This document shows, piece after piece, positions 39,612 to 53,430 of a stretch of DNA of 64,000 bases; position 1 is the stretch's first letter, and the number at the start of each line of letters is the position of its first letter. The notes under the pieces were generated by a model, which was not told the DNA's origin, made no database searches, and saw only the letters and a program-made list of their open reading frames with translations. A program made the translations under genes and the position numbers. Source of the stretch: Octopus vulgaris (lineage: Eukaryota); assembly GCA_951406725.2 (NCBI GenBank), contig OX597831.1:61194001-61258000 (forward strand). Reading direction: 5' to 3'.

Positions 39612-39787
39612 TGTCCACAAAACGTAAGCCATCATCATCATCATTAATAAAAAGCTAATATTTCTGAAAAGCCCAACTCCAGTTATGTTTAAACATCCTT
39701 TCTTAAATGAGCTTCTCTCGTCTTTCTGGGCCTTTGTGTGATGTTCTTATCTTTGGTGCTGCTACTGGCTGCTGGTGAAAGACTGTT
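39612..39787 (-). pseudogene. MCT-like pseudogene B, loop/TM7 exon
   Basis: TTTCATTTTAG acceptor, phase 1. ...GCLNITGVGLFRNISFLLMMMMMAYVLWT (compare D.SLFKN..FL). Two in-frame stops. The 3' end runs into a (CTA)n tract. Confidence 0.65.
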
Positions 39788-40061
39788 CTAAAATGAAAGG
39801 AAGAGATCATACATTAACATTTTAAAAATTTCTGATGTCTTCTCCATTTGGAGTTAATTTTGCATTATATATTATACATAATTTCTGTTAGAAGTTCAAG
39901 TGAATCTACAAATATTACTGGAATTAATACAGTATTCAACTTGACTGATATGTACTGGTTAACTTTTGTTGTCATTTAGCTTTATTTCTATTTCATAGGC
40001 ATATGAAATCCTTAAATATATTAAGCTGCAATTTAGAATAGATTTGGATAAGCTTACATAC

Positions 40062-40324
40062 CACTGTCTCTCGTTATTGGGAATTTATTAATATTTAAAT
40101 ATATTCCAAAGACAAATAGATATTTTAGGAAGCTTAATTTTCCTCCTGTTGTAAATTTATTATCAGTGCTGCACCACTTTTCGTATAATTTATTCTCTCC
40201 TCGCGTTCGATTGAAGGCCACCAGAGTGTTACTAGGAAAATACACAATAGTCCACCCAGAACTCCACTGCTGGATTGGTATTTCTTGTTTACAATACGCC
40301 ATTGTGAACCCTATCGCAACCTTT
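40062..40324 (-). pseudogene. Possible cytoplasmic-loop exon of pseudogene B
   Basis: Open frame of 263 bp between a TTCACTTCAG acceptor and a phase-1 G|GTATGT donor, compatible with the next exon. No recognisable homology. Confidence 0.2.
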
Positions 40325-40375
40325 CTGAAGTGAATGTAGCTGTCATTTTTGTTGAAGCCTTTCTGGAAGGTATGT

Positions 40376-40595
40376 TAAGGCGGCGTGCTGGCAGAAACGT
40401 TAGCACACCGGGCAAAATGCTTAACGGTGTTTCGTCTGTCTTTACGTTCTGAGTTCAAATTCCGCCGAGGTCGACTTTGCCTTTCATCCTTTCGGAGTCG
40501 ATAAATTAAGTACCAGTTGCGTACTGGAGTCGATCTAATCGACTGGCACCTTCCCCAAAAATTTCTGGCCTTGTGCCTAGTGAAGAAAAAACAAA
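40376..40595 (+). mobile_element. Full-length Nin-domain-type SINE with 16-bp target-site duplication
   Basis: TTTCTGGAAGGTATGT at 40360-40375 and 40596-40611. Confidence 0.92.
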
Positions 40596-41249
40596 TTTCT
40601 GGAAGGTATGTGAGTGTTTATAATGTGTATGGTTCTATTTTTGATTTATACATATATGTCTATGTTCAAACTTGTATGTCAATATATTTTTGCTTCTATA
40701 ATGAATATTTATGTTTCAGATATTTCATTATATCTGAATAAGGTACGTAATATCATAGCTGGTAACATAAGTGTCTATTTCGATCATTTCACATATTAAT
40801 GTATGTGTACTTATGTTAATATGTACGTTTATATTGAACCATATGTTTGTCTATATTCATATATGTGTGTATGATTATATTCATATTTATGGTACTTATG
40901 TGTCTATGTGTTTAACAAATAAGAAAATATGATGTATTCTGTATTCTGTCGGTTACTGCATATACGAAATGTTTCGTTCAGTCTTTCTTTTCGATTAGTA
41001 ATTTCTTTGCTTTTAGATTGTGATATTTAATGTGGGGCTTTCATTGCAGTGCTGTCTGTTGTTAAAGATATATACGAATTCATTTTAAACCGATTTAACT
41101 GCTAAACACTTACACATAAGCATACAACAATAACAGAATTTCATGTATGCACAACAAATACGTGTAAATTATATACGTGTGTATGTCTGTGTGATGTGCT
41201 GTGGTGTGTGTGTATATATATATATACACTCACACACACATACACACAC

Positions 41250-41296
<47 letters not shown>

Positions 41297-41297
<1 letters not shown>

Positions 41298-41577
41298 GGA
41301 GATGTACTTGCATAGCAAGTGACCTGATCTGAGATCGTGTGCTGGAACGAAAACAATTGCAGCGTGGAAGGTGTTTATAAGCCATTTAAGAAACACACAA
41401 AACCGTTAGATTCACTGACAAAACTTCGTGCAGCACAAAGATTTGTCAGTGAACAGATCGCGGTCTCAAAGCGAAGAAAATATTTTGACAAATTAAATTT
41501 AAATGTTGAAGTGAATCTAACGATTTTTGTGTGTTTCTTAAATGGCTTATAAACACCTTCCACGCTGCAATTGTTTA
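41297..41577. repeat. Inverted-repeat element within (TA)n carrying a variant hammerhead motif at 41442-41492
   Basis: 41351-41416 is nearly the reverse complement of 41510-41577. Internal TTTGTCA-GTGAACA-GATCGC-GGTCTCAAA-GCGAA-GAAAATATTT-TGACAAA. Confidence 0.85.
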
Positions 41578-41964
41578 TATATATATATATATATCGATAA
41601 TAGTTAGGGATTATTAATAAGCTTTCCCTTGGCGCACCAGGATAATACTGTTTATGTTAGTGACGAACTCCAAGTTTTCTTATGGCAGGGTCCAATGTGA
41701 TGGTTCATCACAATTCTGTTTTGTAAATCCTTGGATGGTCTCCAGACAAATTGGTTTTTACACGCAAGGATATATAAAGCAAGTTTAAAATAATGGTCAT
41801 TCTATATATTACATTCAGTGGAGGAAATTTGGCTTACAGCTGTTTCCAATAATCATTATATGTACAATCAATAATCTACCTAAACTGCCTACTGGAAACA
41901 GGTGTAAGGCAAATTTGCACCAATAAAAGAAAAATATGTAATGACCATTATTTTTAACTTCAGT

Positions 41965-42025
<61 letters not shown>

Positions 42026-42139
42026 TTATGATGATATGCATGCATATATATCGTCATAAAAATAACTCTACATCAAGCTGAAGAATAATTCAGGACTTTT
42101 TCTACTGTACATACTTATTCATTAAGGAAGATAATGTTG

Positions 42140-42500
42140 AGAGTCAACACCATTCTTATTAAAGAATAATTCGTGTGTTGTGGAGGTTTGTATGTGTGCC
42201 TCCAGCTCATACTGCATGAATATTTGAAAATAATCGAATTGATCAGGCGGATAAGATGGAAATCCTTTTAATTTGACCAGCCCAAACCACCAACGGACAC
42301 CAGACATTTTGGGCTTAAATGCAGGAAGTTTACACCCAAGATCAAGATTTGAAATCCTTCGATAATGACCTGCTGAACATAATACCCTGCCTGAAATTCT
42401 GTTAGTCCTCAAACCATTTCCATCGTAAACTTAGAAAAGACATCCGGAGGCTTATATCTTCTGACACGACCATTCTCTTCTCTGATGAAACTATAGGCTA
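42140..42500 (+). mobile_element. Naiad-type Penelope-like element, N-terminal fragment (absent from the ORF track)
   Basis: KIIELIRRIRWKSF*FD...HFGLK...P/DLKSFDNDLLNII..LKF...NHFHRKLRKDIRRL.SS....LFSDET, homologous to the start of the 54.4 kb element. Confidence 0.75.
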
Positions 42501-43392
42501 TTCTTTTTACCGATGCTGATGGAGGCCTTTGTGTTGTGGAAGATATCGAAAACCAAGATTCCCAATGCGATACTAGATTTTATAGAGACTGGTGCAACAT
42601 ATTTACCGTGTACTACCTATAGTACAGAAAATAGGTGCAATGTATTTGACAAGCATGCTTTCATTCCATAATTTTCAATGCACAGACTTTTGGAAAAGGC
42701 GAAGCGTGAACTAATTGCAAATGGGTAATTATCAAGGAAGTGATTATCTGTATTGATGTCCCACCAGCAAAAAGACATTACAAATTACTAAATATTATTG
42801 TAACTGGATATCCTGTCGTTAATTTTCAAAATGGTTAATTATCCGCCACGTTTAGCTCTTAACTTTTGAAACTGGAAGAAATTTTTAAAGTTCTCATACT
42901 CTTCTTTAACTAAAATTTCGGAAGGTAATTATAGTTTTATTTTATTATATAAAGAATGTCATAGTTAAAATAATTCAATAGTTATAATTATTTTACAGAA
43001 TGATATTTGTGTCATTTATTTCTGAAAATTTATTTGATCTAGTGACTAGTTCAGTCTTTTACACACTTTATTCTGACATCGCCACTGATCAGTCTAAAAC
43101 ATTTTCCTCCCTCTCCTTCTCCCTTTCTCTCTCTCTCTCTCTCTTCTTTCTCTCTTTCTCCCTTCCTCTCAATTTTCCCGCACGTTCACGTACACCTGTA
43201 CGGACGTATGGGGACACTCAGCAGTACTCTTAATGTTAACGAATGAAATATGCACATAATTATCACACATGTACTTTTACTAACTTCCCACTTTCACACA
43301 CAAGGGCACGTATAAACGTTTTGTCAATGAAATTCATTACCTTAGAGGTACTCTCACGCCGACTCTGATTGGAAAAGCAAGATTTATGAATA

Positions 43393-43420
43393 CTAGCGGG
43401 ACCGGTGAATATTTCACGGA
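43393..43420 (-). mobile_element. Helitron 3' terminus; the element may extend to about 45870
   Basis: The - strand reads CCGTGAAATATTCACCGGTCCCGCTAG|T, nearly identical to the + strand terminus at 51654-51681. Confidence 0.7.
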
Positions 43421-44203
43421 ATTAATAGTAAACCTATTGGGTTATTCCTGAAAATTTTTATCGAAAAAGCCTAAAAGCGTAGACTGTGTTGCGTGTGTGT
43501 ATCAAAAGACAGTCGCTTATTTGCTATTCATTGAAAAGTGAAGGAAACTGGAATACGATGATTATTTAATGCGCTTTATATATACTTTATGCACAATTTT
43601 ATAGACTTAATACACAGCACACATAAAATAAATATTCGCTCTTATTTTTTTCATTTTACCTATGAAGTGAAAACATTACTTTTTAAAATTTACATGGTGA
43701 CAATTTCATATCTCGAAGACAAACATCTTTTTGCGAGAAAGTTATTTTATTTAAAGGGAAAAATTTGACAAGTCAATCAGTTACCGGCTGACACTCGCTG
43801 ACGATACATCAAAGAGGCCAGGGAACAGAAGAAAGACAAGAAAAAGAAGACATGCACCCAACACCACAGCTGAAGACACCTCCGAAAGGGGGGAGCCCAC
43901 CACGTCAAAACGGTAGAGGAGTAGGGGCCGAAACCGGACGTGGTTCCTCCTGATGATGTCTTGAGCTACCTGGATCCTATAAAGGAGCTGTTGTGGTAGC
44001 AGACTATAAAACATGGTTGTAATTCCTCCTGTAAAATATATGGGTCACAATTTCACGGGGGTGAAAATTTAATGCCACATGCCATTCTCTGAAACCACAT
44101 CGCTGGTAGCTTACAAGCCAAGGCGATGGGTCAGAGTCAATACACATTTCAGTTTGCGTGTACCTTTCAATCCAATACATCTTTGCAGATTATGTTCGTG
44201 TAA

Positions 44204-44245
<42 letters not shown>

Positions 44246-44890
44246 TTTCCCTTGTTTGTCAATGTTGATAACATAAACTCTCACATCAGATAATTTGCGA
44301 GCCGTTGAGGCCGGTAACGCTTATCTTGAAGTGTTTGTGGGGAAAGTATGCGTTATTAAGTATTGTGCTCTTGTGGAGACGGAGTGTGTGATATGTGTAG
44401 AGGTGTCACATGCATAATCTTTTCCATAAGTGTAGATATATATAGTTTGTTGAGTTCGTTGTACTGTTTTCTTTCCGTATTGGGTAAGATCGTGGGAGTT
44501 TTATGTTAGCGTGTGGTGTGGAATGTGTGGGTGTATGATTTATTAGTACGGAGGAAGTGTTTATCAACTAAACTAAGGAAGCTCTAAACTACTCTAGCCG
44601 AATACAGGTTCAGGCAAGAACAGCCCCACTTTATCAAATGTCTGCCCTTGTGATTTATTGGCAGTCATTGTATAGGACAGGCGAACGGGAAACTGGTTTC
44701 TTTCTAATGTTAATGGCAAGTTTCGAATGCGCATGCTTTAAGTGATAGGTGATATAAACAACTTAGTTCAATCAAAAAAGAAATACTTTTCACTCTGTAT
44801 ACACCATCGTCACCTCATCCTCTACTTCCACCACCACCATTATCATTTATCTCTCTCTCTCTCTCTCTTTGTATCTCTCCATATATCTCA

Positions 44891-45022
<132 letters not shown>

Positions 45023-45349
45023 CTTTAATCAATCCATCAGAACATCCCTCTGCGAAAATTGTATACCTAACTCTCTTCTATAGCACTACCTTCAATTAGT
45101 TCTTTTAACCACCTAATAAACATTACCTTCCCCCAACCACGTGTCATGGACGCTTCCCTCTCCGTCTTTTTCTTCTTCTATCTTTGTACGTCACTCTTTT
45201 CACCTTATCCTCTCTTTCTCACTCCATTTTCTTTCTCTTGTTCCCTCATTCCCTTCAGCTAATCAATTGAAAGCGTTACAATTACGTTCCCTCTAACTCA
45301 CGTCATGGACGCTTCTCTCATCCTCTTTTTCTCTCTCCCTCTTTTCTTT

Positions 45350-45419
<70 letters not shown>

Positions 45420-45425
<6 letters not shown>

Positions 45426-45780
45426 GCGTGTGTGTGTGTGTGTGTGTATATGCCTCGAGTTGTAGCTGTAATTCAAAGGGGCGAGCCTTGTCATATTCTG
45501 TGAGGCTGAATCTCCCTGAGAACTACGTTAATGTTATTCATGTCTGTGGAGTACTCAGCCATTTGTGGGTTAATTTTATCATCGTGTGGTAATGAAAAGT
45601 GAAACTGACATCCAATATTTGCTGTGTGTATGTATCTATGTATGAACTTTTCTTTGGATTTATGTATCTACTGTCTCAGTTTCTCTCTTTTTCTTTCACT
45701 TCCTTTGTGTCCCTCTTCTCTAACTCTTTTGATTTAACAATGTGTATATGTACCTATGTATCTACTTGTCTTGCGATGAA

Positions 45781-45839
<59 letters not shown>

Positions 45840-45870
45840 GTCCTCTCTGAAATATTTAGAAACACAAAAT
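45420..45870 (-). repeat. Inverted copy of 48220-48700
   Basis: About 450 bp of reverse-complement similarity, also reflected in similar translations of ORFs 45599-45850(+) and 47999-48496(-). Confidence 0.9.
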
Positions 45871-46133
45871 GAACATAGGTAATATGGTCAAACGTAACAC
45901 AATTTGTTTTGACTTGGCAGTCTGTGGAAAACACGACCACGAATTAATTATTCTTTAAGTAATCCAAAAAGAAAATTTTATGACACCAGTCATGAACTTT
46001 GAAATATAAGGATGCAGGTTTACGGACTATCTCGTACAGCATTTGCCTTAGGTGTTTGCCTTTGAGCCAGTTTTTTTTTCTGTCTGATCAGAGTTTTCTC
46101 AGTTTTCTATTAGGTAACTGATTTTACGTTTAC

Positions 46134-46240
46134 CTTTTGCGAAAAGGTGGCACCACATATGCAACAATTTAGGGAGATTTTTCCGTTGGCAGTATAACCT
46201 GCTTCGAAAAGATGTTTGAAAATCAATCTTTGCTGTCCTG
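46134..46240 (-). pseudogene. Possible MCT-like pseudogene B exon 3 remnant (end of TM6)
   Basis: LIFKHLFEAGYTANGKISLNCCICGATFSQK|GTAAAC (compare MCT G..LNCCVCGAL.RP). Lies in the expected order between exon 2 and the loop exons. Confidence 0.45.
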
Positions 46241-46840
46241 TTCATTTTCTCGTTATTATTTAGGGCTAAGTTAGACCTGATCGAGAAGACCTGTTTCCGT
46301 CAAGAAAATTCCGTCTTCATGTCTAATAATAGTTTATTTTTCAGATGGCAGAGTGCAATAGAGATAAGATTTGAGAGTTATTTCTTGATGAGGCTTCAAC
46401 CTAACGGTTATATTGTTAGTTTCATGGCACCTGAGTTGTTATAATATATAGTGTGCTTGCTGGTTTAATCTTATCTATTGTAATATAGTTTCTTTATTCT
46501 TCCAAGATTGATTGATTTTCATCAATCCTGGGAAAATGGAAGTTCAAGAAGACTTCAGCTGAATTTAACCCCAGAAAGTAAAGAAATACAAGTAGATATT
46601 AAAATGTATTGAGGTTGATGCTCTGAATTTCTTGACATTTTTGGTGGGTTTTAAAATTGTTATGTATTTCTTGAAAATGTTCTATAATTCTTGACAAATC
46701 TTTAAACTATCTTTATCGATATTGTATTTCGCTTATAGGACAAAGGTACATACGAAATATGGTCGGTAATATGCATCTTCATGGTTGAAAATTACAAGTA
46801 ATAAATTTAATGGAAGTCGTGCAATTAGGAATTTAACCAT

Positions 46841-47008
46841 ATTGCGTTACTAGTTTAATTTGTCTACCAGTATATTTTGACTCAGTACAACTACATTTGT
46901 TCTGGTGTTTTAAACTATTGGAGCTCTATAGCTCCAATAGTTTAAAACTTCAGAACAAATGTACTGAGTCAAAATTTATTGGTAGACAAATTAAAATAGT
47001 AACACGAT
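46841..47008. repeat. About 165-bp fold-back palindrome
   Basis: GTTACTA.TTTAATTTGTCTACCA...TTTTGACTCAGTACA...TTTTAAACTATTGGAGCT-cta-TAGCTCCAATAGTTTAAAA...TGTACTGAGTCAAAA...TGGTAGACAAATTAAA.TAGTAAC. Confidence 0.9.
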
Positions 47009-48006
47009 AAAAGATTTTTTTGCAGGTTCATTGTTGCAATATTTATTTAATAGCTTTGATGTAACGATTAAATCATAATCTCGATATGAACATTGATTTT
47101 CTATTACAATCATGTGAGACTGATAACAATATTACTATAATACGCTATGACGACATGATATATATAACTCAGTGTGTCCATGATATATATAACTGAGGTT
47201 TCGGTTGTCGTGACACAACTGATTATGAAGTATGTGGGAAAACTTTTAGTGAAACATTTGATATGTCATTAAATGTCATATCGATGATGTTCATTAACAC
47301 TGAAATATCTGTAAGTTATTAAATTACATAAAACTTTAACCAATGCTTTAATAAATGAGTCACGTGAATAAGGCGGCAAACTGGCAGAAACGTTAACGCG
47401 TCGGGCGAAATGTTTAGTGGTATTTCGTCTGCCGCTACGTTCTGAGTTCAAATTCCGCTGAGGTCAACTTTGCCTTTCATCCTTCCTTTCGGTGTCGATT
47501 AAATAAGTACCAATTACGCACTGGGGTCGATGTAATCGACTTAATACCTATGTCTGTCCTTGTTTGTCCTCTCTGTGTTTAGCTCCTTGTGGGTAGTAAA
47601 GAAATAGGTATTTCGCCCGTCTTTACGTTCGGAGTTCAAATTTCCCCTTTCATCATTTCGGGGTCGATAAAATAAGTAGTAGATGAACAAAGGGACCGAT
47701 GTAACCGATTTATTCCCTTCCTCAAAATTACTAGACTTGTGCCAAAATTTGAATCCAATATACCAGGTACTAGAATATGTATTAAACAATGAGAAATTTA
47801 TGATTCTATATGTTTCTAATTGTAAAATATACTCAAATATATACTATAAACCAATATATATATATATATAAAGAGTCACATTATTATGCTATTAACTTAT
47901 GATGATATCAACCATAGTGTCTGAGTTACAGTATTCATTTTCGTCTGTAAATAACGAATTAGGTGTAGCAATTTATGAAAGTCACTGTATTATATGAGTT
48001 ATAGTA

Positions 48007-48684
48007 TCAATAATATTAATACGCTAACTTTTTGTTTTTGTACGTACCTGTTGTGTGCGTCACATTTCAAAGAAGTGGCAAAGCGAAAGAGACGAGGACA
48101 AAGAGGAAGTAAGAGAGAGAGAGAGTGAGAGAAGAAGGGAGAGTGAGAGAGAAAGTGAGAGAGTGAGAGAGAAAGAGAGTGAGAGAGAAAGAGAGGGAGT
48201 GAGTGGTGACGGCGTTCGTTTTGTGTTTTTAAATGTTTCAGAGAGGACGTAAGAGAGAAAGAAAGAGAGTAAGAAGGAGATAAAAGTGAGAGAGAAAGAG
48301 AAAGAGAGTGAAAGAGACAGTGAGTGGTGGCGGTGTTCATCGCAAGACAAGTAGATACATAGAAGCATATACACATTATCAAATCAAAAGCGGGAGAGAA
48401 GAGGGACACAAAGGAAGTGAAAGAAAAAGAGAGAAACTGAGCGAGACAGTAGATACATAAGTCCAAAGAAAGGTTCATAAATAGATACATACACACAGCA
48501 AATATCGGATGACAGTTTCACTTTTCATTACCACACGATGATAAAATTAAGTCACAAATGGCTGAGTACTCCACAGATATACATAACATTAACGTAGTTC
48601 TCAGGGAGATTCAGCCACACAGAGAGTATGACATGGCTGGCCCCGTTGAATTACAACAACAACTCGAGACACACACACACACAT

Positions 48685-48731
<47 letters not shown>

Positions 48732-49089
48732 GTGTGAGTGGTGACTCAAAGGAAGATGTTGTTTATTTTGTATTTTCAACCACAGCAAATATTGGATACC
48801 GTTTCCTAAACAAAAACTGTCCAATACATTCGTATATGTTTTTTTCCATTGAAACACTGAATCATTTTGGACATTTATTGTTTTTAATAGTAATAGAAAA
48901 ACTAATAGAGAAAGAGATAGAGAGAGAGAGAGAGAGAGAGAGTGAGAGAGAGAAAAAGCTTGAAGACACAACTAAATCAATTCCAGGCAGTGGCGAAGCA
49001 ACCGGCAGGAAGAGAGAGAGGGGTGAAGACTTCGTTGTGAACTATCTGACACTTACTGCGACTGACTTAAACTATTATTAAAGGCCCAA

Positions 49090-49134
<45 letters not shown>

Positions 49135-50960
49135 CATTTGTTTTAAACCATTTCAATTGCAGCCATACACCGAAAATCGTGGTATTTTGCTCCAAAATTT
49201 TAATTTTGAATTTGTTTTTCATTATAAAATTACACATCAGCTAAAAATAAATTTTTGGCTACGGAATATAACGTTGTCTTTTTCTTCCTATATTTTTAAA
49301 GTTATAAGTTCTGGCTCATTTGTTGATGTGTGTAAGTAAACAAAAACTAAAGGAAGCGCGCAGAGACATATATACATGAATGTATTTGCGTGTGTGTATA
49401 GTTTAGGTTAGTTAAAACATGTTTGCAATAATAAGTGACGAGTGTTGGAAATAAACACAAATACATTCATGTATGGCTTTCAGTTGAAACACAGTGAATC
49501 ATTTTGGAGATTTATTGTTATAATAGCAAGTTTTGAAATAGGGATAATCGCATGAGAGATGCAGCACGTGAGTGTCAGCGTAGAAGGGGAGGACGATTGC
49601 GCGAGGAACAACAGGAGGAAATAAAGAATAAAAATCGCGTGAGGACAAGACACAAAAGAAATGAAATAAATCAAGAGGAGAGGGAGAGTATCCTACGGGA
49701 TATGAGGGAAATGAATCATCGAAGGATGGAACAAATGAACCAGGACCAAAAGGAAGTGTATTTTCAAAATAAGAGAGAAAGAGATCAACAGAATCGAGAA
49801 CATATGAATCAAGAGCAAAGGCAGCTGTACTTAGAAAATATGAGAAACAGAGTTCAACAAAGAAGGAAACATATGGACGAAAACGAAAGGCAGAATTACC
49901 TTCAAGATATGGGAAACAAAGTTCAAGAAAGAAGGAAGAATATGGAAGAAGCTAAAACACAGAATTATCGTATGACAGGCGGAGCTCAAATAAGAAGACG
50001 GAATATAATAAAAGAACCACAAAATTCTCAATTTACGGCTGGTGGGATGAACGTAGAAGGCCCGCACTCTCATGCACGTTGATTTCAAACGAAAGCACTT
50101 AATTGTTGCCATAATGGTAAGGTTTCCTTGCCGAATCTACAAGAATATCCTGGACAGTTAAAACAACTTTTGGAGAATACCGACAATGAAGGAATGAACT
50201 TTAAACAGAACATCAGATACGATAATCCAATGTCTTCATTCGCCTCATTTGGAGCCAATGTTACGACATCCCCTGGTTGTGGCCCATACTGTTTCTGCTT
50301 CCGAAGACGAGTCTATAATCATGCAAACAACTTACATCCTAAAAACAATGAACCTAGAAGATATGCTCAACTCTATATTGTTGATTCTAAAGAAGCTTTA
50401 CAAACAAAAGCTGATGTGCCTGAAAATATTATTGCCTGCATTCAGCAATGGAATAGATTTATTCAGTTATGCTGAATAATCCATATACCGCAACATATTT
50501 AAATATGCGCACTGTTGAACAAGAAGAATTAAGAGCAGCCAAAGAAAATGTTAATCCGAGGAAAGTAACTATGCATTTCATATCAGGAGATACAGTAACC
50601 CAGTTAATACTGAAATTGCAACTTTATTTGTAGGTGAAGATGGTGCACCTCCAATTCATCGTGATATAGTTATATAACTTCGCATCACCACAAACCGCTC
50701 CATCATTACACATCTATCCTACACCTTTAAGATCGGAGAACCAGTTAGGTGCCCGCTGGATCTCTCTCGGCATACAAGCAAACCACAAATCCCACCAACC
50801 AGCATCACCACTACTTCCATGCCCATCATATATATATATATCACTGTGATCACCGTGACCGACCATGCTACCAGATGTTGCTACATATCGCTGGTCACAA
50901 TGCGCTTCGCATTGTTTTAGCCTTCAAATGACGCCACCCCGCTGTCTAAGCGAGCAGGCC

Positions 50961-51034
<74 letters not shown>

Positions 51035-51680
51035 ATGTGTATGTGTGTATTTATGTGTGTGTCTGTCCTACCACTACCACCATTGCTTGACAACCGATGT
51101 TGGTGCATTTGCATCCCTATAAAATTAGCTGTTCAGCAGAAGAGACTGATAGAATGAGCACCAAGCTTACAGAGAATAAGTCCAGGGTTCAATTTCTTCG
51201 ACTAAAGGGTGGTGCTCCAGCATGGCCACCGTCAAATAACTGAAACAAATAAAAGAATAAAATGATGCCAGAGAAACGTTCTGTACCATTAAACCAAGAA
51301 GGTCCTTTGAATATGTACGATGTATTTTAAGGTAAAATAGTAATTCCGTTTACGTTTGTGTAACTGATATATTTTGGTTGGATTATATAGTCAGTGGTGT
51401 TACATTACTTTCTATATTCTGTAACTGTGACAACATAGTTTTCTAGGCCTGAAATTTTTGTGGGGAGGGGGCCAGTTGATTTGATCGACCCAGTACACAA
51501 CTGGTACTTAATTTATCGACCCCGTATGTACGAAAGGCAAAGTCAATCTCAGCAGAATTTGAACTCAGAACATAAAGACAGACAGTCATAATATACAAAC
51601 ATTTATCATGGCACCAGTACACTGTTTACAGATGTTTACATTTCTTAGGTTTTCCGTGAATATTTCACGGGTCCAGCTAG
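48007..51680 (+). mobile_element. Helitron with canonical termini and a truncated RepHel pseudogene
   Basis: A|TCAATAATATTAATACG 5' end. 3' hairpin CCGTGAA-TAT-TTCACGG then CTAG|T (AT target). 49552-50680 encodes R/E/Q-rich repeats, then CCHNGKVSLP...FKQNIRY...SFASFGA...GPYCF...PRRYAQLYIVD...NNPY...EIATLFVGEDGAPP..RDIVI. No Rep catalytic or PIF1 helicase domain seen. Confidence 0.9.
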
Positions 51681-52003
51681 TTATATTTATTATAATAACT
51701 GTAGTATGTAACTTAATAAATTTTCAGAATTGTGTAAACTATGACATTGGCTGTAGTTTGTGAGTCATAACAATAGCTATAGTATTTAATCTGTATGCAT
51801 ACAACAATCATAACGTTGTATATAAATTACTATGCGCTGTAAGCCATGAGATTTAAGCTATATGATAAATAATGATGCTAAATGAAGTATGTAACTTATT
51901 GAATTAAACAAAGCACATCTGATATATTATTAAATATCAATGGCAATATTAAGCAAGTAAATTATTACATAAAATGATCTATGCAAGCAAGATGATATCT
52001 TAC

Positions 52004-52146
52004 CTCCAAAGATTCCTACGTAACTATCATCTTGTTGCTACAAGTGGAAAATATTCCCAATATGGTGCTTGTAAATCCAATAATTCCAAATGATATCATC
52101 AATGGACGATGACTAAAGTAAACCAACAAACCACTAGCAACTGGGG
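52004..52146 (-). pseudogene. MCT-like pseudogene B, exon 2 (TM2-TM4)
   Basis: TTTTTAG acceptor. PVASGLLVYFSHRPLMISFGIIGFTSTILGIFSTCSNKMIVT(Y)GIFG G|GTAAG (compare GPIAS.L...FG.R.V...G...YG...G). Length 143 bp, one base short of 144, with the deletion at the Tyr codon. Confidence 0.85.
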
Positions 52147-52789
52147 CTAAAAATATAATTTGATAACCAACAATCAGTATAGTGTAGGCGCTGCAGTGAA
52201 CGGGTGTAGTTAGGATGATATGCTCATATTTAAGTTGCGTGTTGCCTTGGGAGCTATGGGCAATTTGTCTCGAAGGAAAAAAACAATGACTCCATTTAGA
52301 TATCTGAATTGTATATTTACGTATCTACGTCATTACGAGTGAGATTTCATTGCACAAAACCATGGGAGAGTGTCTTTTTTATAACCTCGTGAGCAAGGGA
52401 GGAGGAGTGAGGGAGATAGTGACAGAGTAATAGGAATGAATAGTGGGAGAAAAGGAGGTTACAGAATAAGAGAGAGAAAGAGAGAAAAACGAAAGTGTTT
52501 CTCCCACGTGACCAACGGCCATCTTTCTTCTCCTAACTTGTGTTTCCTTCTTTCTCTCCGTTGTAGCTGGAACAAGGAAGACGTGTTCTTGTTTGTCTCC
52601 TGTCCACGCTTGACTTACGCATTCGCCACCACAAGCTCGTTTAGGTTTAGCAGCCCTTCCTGCATGTTTTCCCCGTGCTGTTTGTGTTACCTATTTTCAC
52701 CCTCCTCAAAATACCAAATTTTATTTAATTTGCTTCGCTGGAGCAACTGTTTTATCGCAATCGTATATTGTTGTTAAATGCTCGAAATT

Positions 52790-53430
52790 CGAGACTAGAA
52801 AAACACCCAACAACTGACTCCCTTCTTCACAGCTGCTTGTTCTGCTGTGATGATATTATTGGTTTCACAATGATCCTGGAGGAAGAGGTTTAAATGTGCT
52901 GTATATATCTTCTATACATTCAGTTCTGGCATGCAGTTCGCCGGTGATTTTTTGCCATGTGGTCAGTTCTGCATTTGGGGACCAATTTTGTCTCTGTTAG
53001 AGCTAAACAATGTGGTACGCTACTGTCCCCAATAAAAGCTTGCTGGTACAGATTGATAAGATATGGTCGGTAGAATGTTAGCTTCTTGTACCAATATCCA
53101 ACAATCAAGTCTCTTCCAGGTGCTTTTCCATTCTAGAGTTTCTGGATCACAGCTGCAATAGTTTCATCATCAATGTTGCATGTCTTAGATGTAATGCAGG
53201 AGCAATAACTTTTTCGAATTTCTTCCAGCCACAGAGCATCCTGGTTAAATTCCTTTTCGTCACTCCAGATATTCCTCCAGAAGGAATCTATGGGTTCTTG
53301 TGAAGGAGCTTCCGTGATGTTTACTGCTTCTCGTCTCATGTCTATCTATACTGATGCCTGGTTGCGGCTAAATTTTTTTGTTTATTGTTTTTCTCTTGGT
53401 TATTCTCTTCTGATGTCGGAGTTTCTCACT
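52790..53430 (-). mobile_element. R4/Dong LINE RT fragment
   Basis: FWRNIWS..KEFN.DA.WL...KL*NGKAPGRDLIVGYWYKKLT...T.LVPK......NHR.TACQN. Confidence 0.88.

Noticed and set aside
17328-39787. Idea that A-to-I editing rescues the TAG/TAA stops in the MCT exons
   Set aside because: The copies also carry frameshifts (143-bp and 274-bp exons) and deletions that editing cannot repair.
49552-50082. Host trichohyalin-like coiled-coil gene
   Set aside because: It lies inside Helitron termini and leads directly into RepHel motifs.
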